Source: Stegostoma tigrinum
Taxonomy: Eukaryota
Length of the DNA stretch: 64,000 nt
Direction of reading: 5' to 3'
NCBI RefSeq assembly: GCF_030684315.1
Contig: NC_081396.1
Coordinates: forward strand, 930,001 to 994,000
A program made the translations under genes and the position numbers. Shown one piece after another: positions 63,102 through 64,000 of the stretch (position 1 is the stretch's first letter; each line of letters starts with the position of its first letter). The notes under the pieces are model-generated. The model did not search any database and was not told the origin of the DNA. It saw nothing but the letters and a program-made list of their open reading frames with translations.

Positions 63102-64000
63102 CACAGTGATGGTGAACAGTCTGACACCTGTACAAAAACTGCATCTTGAGCATAGATTTTTCTGTTTAAAGAGGGTTGTGAAGATATTCTTGAAATCATT
63201 GTGTAGTTATTATCAGGAGTTTAAACTCATACCGAGTGGAATCCAACCAACCTCGCATAAAATTGCAATCCAACTGTTTCACTGATCTGCTGAGAAAATA
63301 AGTTGCAGACACTGACCGTGCATACTGACACAGAACAGCATCACATGTAAAAGGACCCGCTCAAATCATCACCAACAAGCATTTTGTTGTTCAGTGATTT
63401 GTAGCTAGTGAGCTGTGAGAGAGCTGCTTTACTCAGAAATTCCAGAAGTCAGTGAGATGGAAGCATCCAGAGACAGCACAGAAGTTTGCTGAAAGAAGGG
63501 GTGTAGTATTGCTGATGCTGCTGATTTGATAGCAATAAGGGAATGTTGCATTATTCATACCACCATTTGTGTGGTCAAGTAGAGCCATGTAAGTGAGTAT
63601 GTGTGTGCGTCTGTGTGGGTGTGCCTGTGTTCGTGTGCCTCTGTGCGCTGATGACGCTGTCAGACTGGATACTTCTGCTTACAGTTACTGCTCTCCCCCA
63701 AACTGATTCCCGAGAGATTTCCGCTCTGCTTAGTTAAATATCTCGAGATCTCCATCAGAGGGAGACATTGTATCACTTTAAACAAAATCTGATGTGCAAT
63801 ACAGAGAGGGAGGATTTCAACCTTTTCGCTTGAGTGAAAGCCCTAACAAACTTTTCCCATTGCACAGAAGGATGTGTATATTCTGTCAGTTTCACACTCT
63901 CTCTGATTCTCACTCACTCTCTCTCTCCCTCTCTCACACACACACAATCGTGCGCGCGCGCACACACACACAGAATCGCACACACACACAGAATCGCACA

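Noticed and set aside
40956-63140. NAR-TCR cassette or intact IgH/TAILV segments among the V genes
   Set aside because: All five intact V genes have their own leaders and TCR alpha/delta-type frameworks. No NAR V-D-J unit or leaderless supporting V is visible in this window.

Overview
Vertebrate genomic DNA, almost certainly a cartilaginous fish (shark), judged from its repeat families and TCR sequences. The window holds the core of a T-cell receptor delta (TRA/TRD) locus. On the minus strand lie one D segment with 12/23 RSS (31056-31073), eleven J segments with 12-RSS (20855-30734) and a constant gene made of an Ig-C exon, a connecting-peptide exon, a TM/cytoplasmic exon and a probable 3'UTR exon (about 12555-17421). 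Five leader+V genes with 23-RSS lie 5' of the D but on the plus strand, so they are inverted relative to D-J-C; one has a damaged heptamer. Two decayed V pseudogenes lie in the D-J-C orientation, and three orphan leader-like exons sit in duplicated cassettes. The rest is microsatellite, assembly gaps, CR1/L1/Rex-type LINE remnants, SINE-like tails and Penelope-like elements carrying minimal hammerhead ribozyme motifs. Most ORFs in the supplied track are artefacts of simple repeats or gaps. Exon and RSS coordinates were read by hand; repeat boundaries are approximate.
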